Shown: positions 40,008 through 49,853 of the stretch, piece after piece
How the letters are laid out: each line of letters opens with the position of its first letter
Position numbering within the stretch: position 1 is the stretch's first letter
Assembly (NCBI GenBank): GCA_015233335.1
Contig: JADFXX010000010.1
Location: 4,560 to 68,559 of the forward strand
Origin: Candidatus Omnitrophota bacterium
GTDB lineage: Bacteria; Omnitrophota; Gorgyraeia; Zapsychrales; Fredricksoniimonadaceae
Length of the DNA: 64,000 nucleotides
Direction of reading: 5' to 3'
Translations under genes and position numbers: made by a program
The notes under the pieces: model-generated
The model's input: only the letters and a program-made list of their open reading frames with translations
The model's database searches: none
Told to the model about the DNA's origin: nothing

Positions 40008-40758
40008 TATATCAATGATCTCAGTGCTCCGTGTGATCGTTTTTCTAATCATCGGTTATGTTGTTTTTTCAGGGTATGTTCTTGCGCTGGATTTTTTGAC
40101 TAATTCTCCGTTGTTTGAGGTCAAAGATGTTATGATTGACAGGTCTATTCAGTTTATTGATCTGCGGGTGTTAAAACAACTCAAAGGGAGTAATATTTTT
40201 AAGGTTGATATTAAAAAAATCGACCGTCAAATTTCCCAGGAGTATCCGTATATTTCCCAGTTGAGGGTGGTCCGTCAATTACCTGATCGCATTATGATTT
40301 TAGCGAAGAAAAGAGAGCCCCTTTTACAAATTTATTTCAAGGGTAGATTCCTCTTGGTGGACCGGGAAGGAGTGGCTTTATATTATTCCGCTGGGAGTGC
40401 TGTCTTACCGCAGGTTCAGGGGATTCCCCTGGAACGGACTCGGGTGGTTTTGGGGACGCATATCCGCAGCAAGGAGCTTAAGGCGGCCGTTGATATCCTG
40501 AACATGTTTGGGCTTTCTGTTAATTTAAAGCGCTGGAAAATCATGTCCATGGAAGTGGGCAACCTTTCGAAAATCGATCTGGCCTTTGGTGATAATAAAC
40601 ATGTCATCCTTGATCAGGACGATACAAAAGATAAGATAGATTTGTTGCAGATGTTGATTGCCGGTAATAAAATTGATCTAAATAAAGTCAAATACATTGA
40701 TCTACGTTTTAAAGAACCCGTGATTGCAGATAACTTTACAGATGTGCCTAAGGGATAA
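39985..40758 (+). CDS. ftsQ: Cell division protein FtsQ (POTRA domain)
   Basis: N-terminal TM helix followed by a POTRA-like region. Lies between ddl and ftsA. Confidence 0.75.
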   Translation: MAKKSGVNISMISVLRVIVFLIIGYVVFSGYVLALDFLTNSPLFEVKDVMIDRSIQFIDLRVLKQLKGSNIFKVDIKKIDRQISQEYPYISQLRVVRQLPDRIMILAKKREPLLQIYFKGRFLLVDREGVALYYSAGSAVLPQVQGIPLERTRVVLGTHIRSKELKAAVDILNMFGLSVNLKRWKIMSMEVGNLSKIDLAFGDNKHVILDQDDTKDKIDLLQMLIAGNKIDLNKVKYIDLRFKEPVIADNFTDVPKG

Positions 40759-40761
40759 TGT

Positions 40762-41994
40762 ATGTTTAAAAAAATAAAACCAATGCAATATTTTTGCGGC
40801 CTGGATCTAGGGACACATACCATGAAGGCCAGCATTGTTCGTGCCAAAGACGAAGAGAATTTGGATCTTTTGGGTATTTTTGAAACCCGGACAGCTGGTT
40901 TTAAAGATGCATCGATCAGCGATATAGCGGAATTAGCCGAGTGCATTAATCGAACGGTCCATGGAGTTATGCAAAAGACCGGAGTTAAAGTGCACGCGGT
41001 TCAATTAGGCTTAAGCGGTAATATGTTGACAGCACGTCGGACATCCGCGGTTATTCCTCTCATTGACAGTGGGACTAAGGTGATCTCCAAATTTGATCTG
41101 CGTAAGGTCGACCATCAGGCAAGGCTCCTAGGAGTTAACTTGGAAGAAGAAGTTATTCATGATTTTCCCCAATGGTACAAAGTCGATGACGTTAACTCTT
41201 CGATCAATCCCATGGGTTTGATTGGTCGCAAATTAGAATCCAGTCTTTTGTTATTGACAGCCAATACCCTGCGCTTACGCAATTTAACTAAAGCTGTTCA
41301 TCAGGCCGGTTTTGAGGTCAGCCATGTTGCTTTTGGTGGCTTTGCGGCCAGTGATGTGGCGATCGAGCCCCAAGATAAGCAGCAGGGCTGCGCTTTAATG
41401 GACATTGGTGCCAATATTACCAGTGTATTGTTCTTTAAGAACGGCATCGTAGGGGATGTTCAGTTTATTCCCTGGGGAGGCAACTATGTAACCCAGAGCA
41501 TTGCTCAACGATTAAGTTTGACCGTTGATTTGGCTGAAGAGATTAAAAAGACGCATGCCGTTGCCCTTCAAACGAATCCCCGTGATATTCCCGGAGAGAT
41601 TTTGATCAAGCGGCCTAAAGGGTACATCCCGATCCGTAGGGAGTCTGTGTTTGATGTGGTAAACTGGGAAATTGAGAATTTTTTGCCTCATTTGGAAGCT
41701 GTTGTTAAAGGCTCCTATTTGTATCATCAATTAAATAAAGGCATTGTTATGGTAGGTGGAGGCGCTTTATTGCCGGGTTTGATTGAACGCATCGAAGAGC
41801 GGGTCAATGCGCCGGTGCGTATGGGGGTGGCGACCCAGGGCCTGAACAATGCCGCTCTGTATGCCGCGAGTATAGGGTTAGGCCGGATGCATTATTTGAA
41901 GAAAACACAGGAAAGCATTGGTGTGAAAACACCACAGAATATAAAAGACAAAATTCTGATCAGTATTAAGGAATTATGTCAGGAGTATTTTTAG
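40762..41994 (+). CDS. ftsA: Cell division protein FtsA (actin-like ATPase)
   Basis: GLDLGTHTMKASIV phosphate-1 motif, ALMDIGANITS and VMVGGGALLPG motifs. Confidence 0.9.
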   Translation: MFKKIKPMQYFCGLDLGTHTMKASIVRAKDEENLDLLGIFETRTAGFKDASISDIAELAECINRTVHGVMQKTGVKVHAVQLGLSGNMLTARRTSAVIPLIDSGTKVISKFDLRKVDHQARLLGVNLEEEVIHDFPQWYKVDDVNSSINPMGLIGRKLESSLLLLTANTLRLRNLTKAVHQAGFEVSHVAFGGFAASDVAIEPQDKQQGCALMDIGANITSVLFFKNGIVGDVQFIPWGGNYVTQSIAQRLSLTVDLAEEIKKTHAVALQTNPRDIPGEILIKRPKGYIPIRRESVFDVVNWEIENFLPHLEAVVKGSYLYHQLNKGIVMVGGGALLPGLIERIEERVNAPVRMGVATQGLNNAALYAASIGLGRMHYLKKTQESIGVKTPQNIKDKILISIKELCQEYF

Positions 41995-42002
41995 AAGCAA
42001 CT

Positions 42003-42362
42003 TCAATCATCCTGAGGTTTGTGGTCTGAGCGGCGTCTGCTTAAATTAAATTCTATATTCTTGAGTGTTCCCCGAAGCCTTGAGTTAGTATTAATGATGT
42101 TAAGAACTCCAAGGGAAATCAATAATAGCAGCATGACGATGAGGGTCGTGTTGATCGACTGAGACAATAATAACCGGTCGATGACCGCATCCTTGTGAAT
42201 ATCAAAACTGGAATCAAGGATTCTTAAGGCGTTAATAAAGGCCATTATGAAGATAACGGCTAAGATTGCTTCAAATAAAATGATATAAAAATGACGTGAC
42301 ATCCATTGCGCGGCGCGATTGTCCCACTGCTTGACCCTGCTCATGAAATTACCATTTGCCAT
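42003..42362 (-). CDS. Hypothetical small membrane protein (2 predicted TM helices)
   Basis: 119-aa ORF convergent with ftsA. It has two hydrophobic stretches and no recognisable motif. Confidence 0.45.
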   Translation of the reverse strand: MANGNFMSRVKQWDNRAAQWMSRHFYIILFEAILAVIFIMAFINALRILDSSFDIHKDAVIDRLLLSQSINTTLIVMLLLLISLGVLNIINTNSRLRGTLKNIEFNLSRRRSDHKPQDD

Positions 42363-42505
42363 AATTGTTTCTCTTTGATCCGCGTTTTTTAGAATACAAA
42401 AAGACTATATGCTCAGGTGGCTCGTAGTATAAACACAGAAATTCTCGTAACATACGAATTCAAGAACAATTCAACCTTTATTCCCTTCCGCCTTTGCCGA
42501 GCAAA

Positions 42506-42868
42506 TTAAGGCGTTGGGGGAGTGCTTGGCGTAATAGGCGTATTAGGAGTGGGGCGAGCTTTTGGCGGATGTGCAGCTCTCCATGCCTTAGCGCGCTCTT
42601 GAGCCGATGCCCTCATCTTATCAAGGTAAGCTTGCGCGTCCGGATTAGCTTTTAAGAAAGAGGTTCTATCATCGTTCATCTGCTTGAAGAAAGCAGAACG
42701 TTTGGCATTTTCTTGCTGTTGAAAGGTGACCCATGAGGCTGGTGGTGTCGGATTTGTCTGTGTTGACGGTGTCGTTGATGGTTCTGTAGCTGGTGTCGTC
42801 GTTTGCGCAGAGGAAACCCCTGGCAGCAACATCAATGAAATAACTAACCCCAAAGTCATTTGTTTCAT
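42506..42868 (-). CDS. Hypothetical secreted Pro/Thr-rich protein
   Basis: Signal peptide MKQMTLGLVISLMLLPGVSSAQ, Thr/Pro-rich termini and a helical middle. A GGAGG sequence lies upstream of the ATG on the minus strand (aagggaggatcgt ATG). Confidence 0.55.
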   Translation of the reverse strand: MKQMTLGLVISLMLLPGVSSAQTTTPATEPSTTPSTQTNPTPPASWVTFQQQENAKRSAFFKQMNDDRTSFLKANPDAQAYLDKMRASAQERAKAWRAAHPPKARPTPNTPITPSTPPTP

Positions 42869-43074
42869 ACGATCCTCCCTTGATTTAAGTTATCCTATAT
42901 AGAAATATTACGATAACAGATTATTTTTAGCTATAAAATTATTAAAATCAGCATATCACATTTTACCGGAATGGTTAAGAAAAAATGAAAAAAATAAAAT
43001 GCAAAAACCTAAGATTTACAAAAGTAAAAAGAGTGGTTAGAATAACACGCTTAGATTTTGACTAAAATCATACT

Positions 43075-43093
43075 GCGGCCTGTAGCTCAACTG
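43075..43093 (+). other. Sequence resembling the 5' fragment of tRNA-Arg (partial duplication)
   Basis: gcggcctgtagctcaactg matches the first 18 nt of the tRNA at 43171 (gcgcctgtagctcaactg) with one extra G. No remainder of a cloverleaf follows. Confidence 0.5.
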
Positions 43094-43170
43094 AAAAAGC
43101 GATTCTTCATCTATTACTGTCAAACGAAGCCATAGGGAATATTTGCTTCGTTGTCGTAAGGTTGTTATAT

Positions 43171-43244
43171 GCGCCTGTAGCTCAACTGGATAGAGCACTA
43201 GTCTTCGGAACTAGGTGTTGGGGGTTCGAGTCCCTCCAGGCGCG
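43171..43244 (+). tRNA. tRNA-Arg (anticodon TCG)
   Basis: Manual cloverleaf of 74 nt: acceptor GCGCCTG/CAGGCGC, D arm GCTC-AACTGGATA-GAGC, anticodon arm CTAGT-CTTCGGA-ACTAG, T arm GGGGG-TTCGAGT-CCCTC, discriminator G. Confidence 0.9.
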
Positions 43245-43251
43245 TTTTAAT

Positions 43252-45372
43252 ATGCATACTGCCAAACGCGCCATAGGCAATAGCGGAGTCCATCCTTTCT
43301 TTAATACATCTTTCCGATGGTATTATCAGCTGCGGTGTCTGATTCTTATCCTATTAGGTTTGGCCATCTATGCCCAGACGTTCGGGTTTGGTTTTGTATT
43401 TGATGATTTTAATTTCATTGTCAACAATCCCTACATTAAGAGATTTGACCACATTCATTATATTTGGAAAACTTTCCCTAAAACCCGTACCGTGGGTTTT
43501 TATTCCTTCGCATTAAATTATCAAATTAACCGGTTGCATCCGCAAGGGTATCATATTGTCAATTTTGCAATCCATCTTGTAGCGGTTGGTTTGGTTTGGG
43601 CCTTTGCTCACATGCTTCTTAAAATCGCAAGACAAGCACCCCTTCTTGAGACTACGCACAAATCTTCACGATCAGCTGAACGGGTTTATCAAGACCTTCC
43701 CTTTATTATTGCTGTGCTGTTTCTTGTTCACCCTTGTCAGACACAAGCGATCAGCTATATCTCCCAGCGTTTTGAATCTATGGCTACGGTATTATATATC
43801 AGCAGCGTTTATTTTTATTTGTGCGGACGAATAGCACCTTCAAAGGCTAAGAAAATCATACTATTCATCTGCTCCATCGGGTTTGCCATCATTGGAATCT
43901 TTACAAAAGAGGTGGCGGTGACCATTCCGTTGATGATTCTGGCGGTCGAATGGATTTTCTTTAGTAAAAACTCTTTAAATTCAAAAAGATTTCCGTCTTG
44001 GAAGACGAGCCTAATTATAATTATTTTAGGACTTGCTTTGTTTTTCTTATTTATGAAAATCGTACGCAATGATTTTATTAATATATATTTCTATTTTTCT
44101 ACGCCTTCAGCTTCTCACGATGGAGATATTATCACCGGTAGTAAATATGTCCTGACCCAGATGCGGGTTTTCTTGACTTTTTTAAGGTTGTTAATATTCC
44201 CTTTCAATCAGAATGTAGACTACGATTACCCCTTATCACAGGGGTTTCTTAATCCGCCGCTAACATTATTAGGTTTTTGTTCGATCGGGTTTATTGTATT
44301 TCTAATCTTCAGGTTGCGCAGCAAATGGCCGTTAATTGCCTTTGGCTTGGCATGGATTTTAATCACATTTTTGATCAACACCGCACCTCGGGCGCATGTC
44401 ATTTTTGAACACAAGCTGTATTTGATCTCATTCGGATTTTTCTTGGCAACAGTTTGTGCTCTAGCAGCTATTATTAATTACCCTAGAGCTTTATTTGGGC
44501 TTTTGATTACGTTGATTGCGGCATTGTCGTTAGTCAGCTATAAGCGCAATCAGGTATGGGAAAACCAACTCACTCTTTGGGATGATGTGGCCCAAAAATC
44601 TCCATATAAGGCAAGAGCTTTTAATGGATTGGGCACAGCCTGGGACCAACAAGGCAACTTCATTCAGGCCCTTTTCAATTATAATAAAGCTATTGAATTA
44701 AATCCTTACTATGCACATGCTTATAATGGTCGAGGGAATGTATATACTAAACAAGGCAATTTTACTCAAGCCCTTTCGGACTATACCAAAGCCGTTGAAA
44801 TAGACCCTAACTATGCGGATGCTTATTATAACCTTGGTATTTTTTATGAAAATCAAGGTGCTCTTGATCAAGCTTTGATTAATTACAACAAGGCCATTAA
44901 AATAAATCCTGATTATCCTGAGGCTTATTATAATCGTGGAAACATCTTCAGGAACCAAACCAATTTTATTCAAGCTTTGTCCGATTATAGTAAAGCAATA
45001 GATGAAAATCCTGATTATGAAAAGGCCTATATGAATCGCGGGAATACTTATAGCCGATTAAATCATTTTACTCAGGCGATATCTGATTATAATAAAGCTT
45101 TAGCGATCAATCCCCATGATGCAGAGGTTTATATTAACCGGGGCACTTGTTATGCCCAGCAGGGAGACTTCTTTCAGGCCCTATCGGATTACAGCAGGTC
45201 AATTCGCATCAATCCTGAATCTATCCAGGGATATTACAATCGTGCGGCTAGCTACTTTGAGTTAAAAGATTTTGATAGAGCTTGGGAAGATATATATAAA
45301 GTGAAATCATTAGGAGGAAAAATTAATCCTAAATTTTTGGAAGATTTAAAGAAATATCACAGGGCATATTAA
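43252..45372 (+). CDS. Polytopic membrane protein (GT-C / PMT-TMTC-like N-terminal domain) with C-terminal TPR repeats
   Basis: The ATG at 43252 lies just after the tRNA; the ORF-track start at 43162 reads through the tRNA. About 10 TM segments with an FVFDDFNFIVNNPYI motif near the first loop, followed by about 8 canonical TPR units (A.YN.G..Y...G.F.QAL.DY.KAI..NP). Confidence 0.7.
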   Translation: MHTAKRAIGNSGVHPFFNTSFRWYYQLRCLILILLGLAIYAQTFGFGFVFDDFNFIVNNPYIKRFDHIHYIWKTFPKTRTVGFYSFALNYQINRLHPQGYHIVNFAIHLVAVGLVWAFAHMLLKIARQAPLLETTHKSSRSAERVYQDLPFIIAVLFLVHPCQTQAISYISQRFESMATVLYISSVYFYLCGRIAPSKAKKIILFICSIGFAIIGIFTKEVAVTIPLMILAVEWIFFSKNSLNSKRFPSWKTSLIIIILGLALFFLFMKIVRNDFINIYFYFSTPSASHDGDIITGSKYVLTQMRVFLTFLRLLIFPFNQNVDYDYPLSQGFLNPPLTLLGFCSIGFIVFLIFRLRSKWPLIAFGLAWILITFLINTAPRAHVIFEHKLYLISFGFFLATVCALAAIINYPRALFGLLITLIAALSLVSYKRNQVWENQLTLWDDVAQKSPYKARAFNGLGTAWDQQGNFIQALFNYNKAIELNPYYAHAYNGRGNVYTKQGNFTQALSDYTKAVEIDPNYADAYYNLGIFYENQGALDQALINYNKAIKINPDYPEAYYNRGNIFRNQTNFIQALSDYSKAIDENPDYEKAYMNRGNTYSRLNHFTQAISDYNKALAINPHDAEVYINRGTCYAQQGDFFQALSDYSRSIRINPESIQGYYNRAASYFELKDFDRAWEDIYKVKSLGGKINPKFLEDLKKYHRAY

Positions 45373-45400
45373 AATTCTCTATTATTTAATCATTTTTGTC

Positions 45401-45429
45401 TTTACTTTAAAATTACTTTTGGGTATAGT
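45401..45429 (+). promoter_or_regulatory. Sigma70-like promoter candidate for the gcv operon
   Basis: TTTACT (45401-45406), 17-nt spacer, TATAGT (45424-45429). AAGGA lies 8 nt upstream of the TTG start at 45465. Confidence 0.4.
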
Positions 45430-45464
45430 TTTCGCAGTAATAGAACCTAACAAGGACGAAGCAA

Positions 45465-46565
45465 TTGAGTCTTTTGCCTACAGAAATATCCTTTCACCAT
45501 ACTCCCTTAGAGGATGAACATATTGCCCTGGGCGCCAAAATGGTCGGCTTTGGGGGATGGTTTATGCCCCTGCAGTATGAAAATATTATTTCTGAGTGGG
45601 AGTATAATCGTAAAAAGGTGTCCATTTTTGACTGTTCCCACATGGGGGAATTTATCATCAAGGGTGAGGCCGTAATCGGCGGTTTGGATCGTATTGTGAC
45701 TCAGACCATTGCCGATATGCCGCTTAAAACTTGCCGTTATGGAGCCATGCTTAATGATTCAGGAGGGGTGATTGACGATCTGATTGTTTATCGGAAAGCT
45801 CCGCAGGAATGGATGATTGTAGTCAATGCCGCTAATATAGAGAAGGCTGCCCGGCATTTTCGTGCTCATTTGAATCACAATGCCCACTTTGAAGATATTT
45901 CATTTAAAACGGCCAAGCTGGATCTGCAGGGGCCGCAATCCCGGGATGTCTTAAAGATTTTTGCTCCGGGGGTAGAAAAATTAAACTATTATACTTTTGA
46001 TCAATTTCAAATTTTGGGCATCCCCTGTTTGATCAGCCGGACCGGGTACACCGGTGAGCTGGGCTATGAAATTTATTGTCCTTGGGAAAAGTGTAAAGAA
46101 ATCTGGAAATCGATTTTGAACAATGATACAGTAAAACCTACTGGTTTAGGTGTGCGGGATGTTTTGCGCGTGGAGATGTGTTACAGCCTTTACGGCCATG
46201 AACTGGAAGAAAATATATCTCCGCTGGAAGCCGGTTTAGAAAAATTTATTGATGAACAAAAAGAATTTATTGGGCGTCGAGCGATACTATCCAGGCAGCC
46301 TTTGCGTAGGATCGTTTATTTTGTCAGCGCTTCGCGAAAAAGTCCCAGGGCAGGGCATAAAATTTTAGATGATCAAGGGCAAGACATAGGAGAAGTGACG
46401 AGTGGCACCTTTTCACCGGCGTTAGAGAAAGGCATCGGTATTGGGTTTATGAACATTATGGCTAAGACCGTTGAGAATAAAATATTTTTTGGTGATCAAA
46501 AGAACAAAGCGGCGGCGAGTGTGGTCCAAAGGCCTTTTTATAAAGGCGGGTCCTTAAAAGCGTAA
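45465..46565 (+). CDS. gcvT: Glycine cleavage system T protein (aminomethyltransferase)
   Basis: TPLEDEHIALGAKMVGFGGWFMPLQY N-terminus and the ISRTGYTGELGYEI motif. Confidence 0.9.
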   Translation: MSLLPTEISFHHTPLEDEHIALGAKMVGFGGWFMPLQYENIISEWEYNRKKVSIFDCSHMGEFIIKGEAVIGGLDRIVTQTIADMPLKTCRYGAMLNDSGGVIDDLIVYRKAPQEWMIVVNAANIEKAARHFRAHLNHNAHFEDISFKTAKLDLQGPQSRDVLKIFAPGVEKLNYYTFDQFQILGIPCLISRTGYTGELGYEIYCPWEKCKEIWKSILNNDTVKPTGLGVRDVLRVEMCYSLYGHELEENISPLEAGLEKFIDEQKEFIGRRAILSRQPLRRIVYFVSASRKSPRAGHKILDDQGQDIGEVTSGTFSPALEKGIGIGFMNIMAKTVENKIFFGDQKNKAAASVVQRPFYKGGSLKA

Positions 46566-46587
46566 CAATTTTAACCAGGAGCAGAGT

Positions 46588-46977
46588 ATGGAGATCGAAG
46601 AGAATTATCTTTATACCAAGGAACATGAATGGGTTTCCATTGAGGACAATATTGCGACCATGGGCATATCTGATTATGCTCAGGAAGCTTTGGGGGATGT
46701 GACCTATGTCGAACTGCCTCAAGAAGAAGTTGAGGTCGAACAGTTTGAGCAGTTTGTCAGCGTTGAATCTGTTAAAGCCGCCAGTGATATTTACGCCCCT
46801 ATGGGGGGGAAGGTGACGGAGGTTAATCGTAAATTGGAGGACACCCCTGCTTTGATTAACAAGGATTGTTATGGCAAAGGTTGGATCGCCAAAATTGAAG
46901 TCCGTGATATGGATGAAAGCACCAATCTCATGAGCGCGGAAGAATACCGCAATTATTTGGAGTCCCTCGGGGCTTGA
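46588..46977 (+). CDS. gcvH: Glycine cleavage system H protein
   Basis: Lipoyl-lysine motif VESVKAASD; 129 aa; GGAG sequence upstream. Confidence 0.95.
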   Translation: MEIEENYLYTKEHEWVSIEDNIATMGISDYAQEALGDVTYVELPQEEVEVEQFEQFVSVESVKAASDIYAPMGGKVTEVNRKLEDTPALINKDCYGKGWIAKIEVRDMDESTNLMSAEEYRNYLESLGA

Positions 46978-46999
46978 TTGTGTCTGACAGGATTTTGAA

Positions 47000-48337
47000 T
47001 TGAACCCGTATATCACCAATACCCCTCAAGAAGTCAAAGAAATGCTCAAGACCATAGGCGTCGAAAATATCGATGCGCTTTTTGGTGATATCAGTTCTGC
47101 ATATGCCCCTCAATCATTTGACTTACCCAAAGGTCTTTCGGAATATGAAGTCATGCGTCACTTAACCGAACTGTCGTTAAAAAATAATGTTCATGTCGTC
47201 CCGTTTATAGGAGGAGGGTATTACGATCATTATATCCCAACGGCGGTGTCCTCCTTGAGCACCCGAGGAGAATTTTATACGGCGTATACTCCTTACCAGC
47301 CCGAATGCTCCCAAGGGACTTTGCAGGCTCTTTTTGAATATCAAAGCGCCATGTGTGCTTTGACCGGAATGGAGGTATCCAATGCTTCATTATACGACGG
47401 GGGGACAGCTCTTTATGAAGCCATGATGATGGCTATTCGCACAACCGGACGTCATCGGGTGATCATGGATGGCGGTGTCAGTCCCATTTATCGGAAAATT
47501 ATAAAAACCTACACCCATCATCTGTCCTATCAATTTGAAGAAACGCCCGTAGTGCATGGTCAAAGCAGTCGTGAAGAAATATATAGGCTATTAGATAAGC
47601 AGACGGCAGTGATCATCCTGCAGAACCCCAATTTTTTCGGAGCCATTGATGATTTGACCGATATCATTGAGAAAGCCCATAGTGTGGGGGCTTTAGCTAT
47701 TGTCAGCGTTTATCCGATTTCTTTAGGACTTCTAAAAACACCGGCAGACATGGGGGCGGATATTGTGACCGGGGAGGGACAATCTTTAGGATTACCGCTT
47801 AATTTTGGCGGCCCTTATTTGGGTTTTATGTGTACCCGGAAAAAATATATCCGAAAAATGCCCGGGCGCATTGTCGGAGAAACGGTGGATTCTAAAGGTC
47901 AGCGTTGTTTCGTGAACACCTTGCAGGCGCGCGAACAGCATATACGACGGGACAAGGCCACATCTAATATTTGCACCAATGTGTCCTTATGTGCACTTCA
48001 GGCGGCAATCTTTATGTCGATTGTCGGTAAGAATGGTCTTAAAGAAATGGCGCAGTTGAATTTAGACAAAGCCGAATTTGCCAAACAGCTATTGTCAAAG
48101 ATCAAAGGGCTTGAGGTAAAACGTTCGGCACCGACGTTCAATGAATTTACCATCCATCTGCCCCAAGATGCCTCTGGGGTGGTTGCGGCCATGATGCAAA
48201 GAGGTTTTGCCGCCGGGTTTCCTCTGGGTCGTTATTATCCGGGCATGGAGCGGTATTTGCTGGTTGCTGTTACCGAGAAGAGAACTAAAGAAGAAATCGA
48301 ACGTTACGCGAAAGCCTTGCAGGAAGTCTTAAACTAA
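47000..48337 (+). CDS. gcvPA: Glycine dehydrogenase (decarboxylating) subunit 1
   Basis: Typical split P-protein N-terminal half (FIGGGYYDHYIP, YTPYQPE.SQGTLQA). TTG start. Confidence 0.9.
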   Translation: MNPYITNTPQEVKEMLKTIGVENIDALFGDISSAYAPQSFDLPKGLSEYEVMRHLTELSLKNNVHVVPFIGGGYYDHYIPTAVSSLSTRGEFYTAYTPYQPECSQGTLQALFEYQSAMCALTGMEVSNASLYDGGTALYEAMMMAIRTTGRHRVIMDGGVSPIYRKIIKTYTHHLSYQFEETPVVHGQSSREEIYRLLDKQTAVIILQNPNFFGAIDDLTDIIEKAHSVGALAIVSVYPISLGLLKTPADMGADIVTGEGQSLGLPLNFGGPYLGFMCTRKKYIRKMPGRIVGETVDSKGQRCFVNTLQAREQHIRRDKATSNICTNVSLCALQAAIFMSIVGKNGLKEMAQLNLDKAEFAKQLLSKIKGLEVKRSAPTFNEFTIHLPQDASGVVAAMMQRGFAAGFPLGRYYPGMERYLLVAVTEKRTKEEIERYAKALQEVLN

Positions 48338-48380
48338 GCAGGGATTTAAACTCATCTTTCATTAGGCATTTGGAGTGTTG

Positions 48381-49853
48381 ATGGAATTAATTTTTGAAAA
48401 GTCAGTTGAATCTCGCCGCGGGTTTTGTTTTGGGGCCTCGGATGTTCCAACCCAAGCGAGCATACCTTCTAAGTATGCTCGGAAGGAAGATGCTTTACTG
48501 CCTCAGGTTTCCGAGCTTGATGTGGTGCGTCATTATACCCTTCTTTCACAGAAGAATTTTTCTGTGGATACCCATTTTTATCCGCTGGGCTCATGCACCA
48601 TGAAATATAATCCTAAATTTACCGAGGCTTTGGCAAGCTTACCGGGTTTCAGAGACCTGCATCCGTTATTAGCTCAGTTGGCCGGCGGAGAGCGATGGAC
48701 CCAGGGGGCTTTGCAGGTCCTGTATGAGTTGGAACAGTGGATGTGTGAGATGACGGGTTTCAAAAATTTTACCATGCAGCCTTTGGCCGGTGCCCACGGA
48801 GAATTGACCGGTATTATGCTTATGGCGGCGTATCATAAGTCTAAAGGGAACACTCAAAAGAAATATGTGATTATCCCTGATTCTGCGCATGGGACAAATC
48901 CGGCCTCCGCGGCGCTAGCAGGCTATGAAACAGTTTCGATCCCCTCTAACAAGGAGGGAGGAATGGATTTAGAGGCTCTGAAAGCTGCTGTTAATGAAAA
49001 GACCGCCGGATTGATGATGACGGTTCCCAGCACCTATGGTGTGTTTGAGCCGAATATCAGTGAAATCGCCAAGATTATCCATTCGGTTGACGGAATCATG
49101 TATTATGACGGTGCAAATTTGAATGCTCTCTTGGGCCGTGCTCGTCCGGGGGATCTCGGTTTTGATGTAATGCATGTGAATATGCATAAAACATTTGCAA
49201 CGCCTCACGGAGGTGGGGGGCCTGGAGCCGGACCGGTCGGTGTCAATGAGAAACTTTCCCGGTTCCTGGCGATCTCCCGGGTGGTCAAGCGAGATGACGG
49301 CCTTTATGCGCTAGATTATGATTATCCTGAGTCTATCGGGTACATCGCCTCCTTTTACGGTAATTTTGCCATTCTGGTCAGGGCGTATGGTTATGTGTTG
49401 ATGCTGGGTCGAGAAGGCCTGATGGATACCACCAACCACGCGGTACTTAATGCTAATTACATCATGAAAAAATTGGCGCCTTATTATAAAGTTTGCTTTG
49501 ATCGTATTTGTATGCATGAAAGCGTCTTTTCTGCCAAAGTTCAAGCCGCACGCGGCGTCCATGCTATTGATATTGCAAAATTTTTGATTGATCAAAAGAT
49601 CCACCCTCCGACGGTATATTTTCCTATTAGCGTCCCTGAGGCGATCATGATCGAACCAACCGAAACAGAGTCTAAGCAAATGATGGATCGATTCATTGAA
49701 AAAATGATCGAAGCGGACATTCTTTCCCAACGTGATCCCGCAGCATTTAGTAAATTTCCTATGACCATGCCGGTGGAGCGACCGGATGAGGTCAAGGCCG
49801 CGCGGGATGTGAAAACCAGTTTCTTTTTGCCAGCCGTCACGGATGCAGCGTAG
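48381..49853 (+). CDS. gcvPB: Glycine dehydrogenase (decarboxylating) subunit 2
   Basis: PLP-lysine region NMHKTF. The ATG at 48381, with GGAG 5 nt upstream, is preferred over the GTG at 48375. Confidence 0.9.
   Translation: MELIFEKSVESRRGFCFGASDVPTQASIPSKYARKEDALLPQVSELDVVRHYTLLSQKNFSVDTHFYPLGSCTMKYNPKFTEALASLPGFRDLHPLLAQLAGGERWTQGALQVLYELEQWMCEMTGFKNFTMQPLAGAHGELTGIMLMAAYHKSKGNTQKKYVIIPDSAHGTNPASAALAGYETVSIPSNKEGGMDLEALKAAVNEKTAGLMMTVPSTYGVFEPNISEIAKIIHSVDGIMYYDGANLNALLGRARPGDLGFDVMHVNMHKTFATPHGGGGPGAGPVGVNEKLSRFLAISRVVKRDDGLYALDYDYPESIGYIASFYGNFAILVRAYGYVLMLGREGLMDTTNHAVLNANYIMKKLAPYYKVCFDRICMHESVFSAKVQAARGVHAIDIAKFLIDQKIHPPTVYFPISVPEAIMIEPTETESKQMMDRFIEKMIEADILSQRDPAAFSKFPMTMPVERPDEVKAARDVKTSFFLPAVTDAA

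Noticed and set aside
43162-43251. N-terminal 30 codons of the ORF-track protein MLYAPVAQLDRALVFGTRCWGFESLQARFN
   Set aside because: This stretch is the translation of tRNA-Arg(TCG) itself; AQLDRAL and GFES are classic tRNA read-through peptides. The real start is the ATG at 43252.
45373-45464. Expected glycine riboswitch upstream of gcvT
   Set aside because: The 92-nt leader is AT-rich and lacks the conserved GGAGAG...CACCGAAGGGGCAA-type cores of either aptamer. Only a promoter-like signal was found.
46462-47019. 185-aa minus-strand ORF across the gcvT/gcvH/gcvPA junction (also 49311-49871, 186 aa, and 49592-49873, both opposite gcvPB)
   Set aside because: They overlap well-supported gcv genes on the + strand, have no recognisable motifs and have low-complexity composition. 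They are shadow ORFs.
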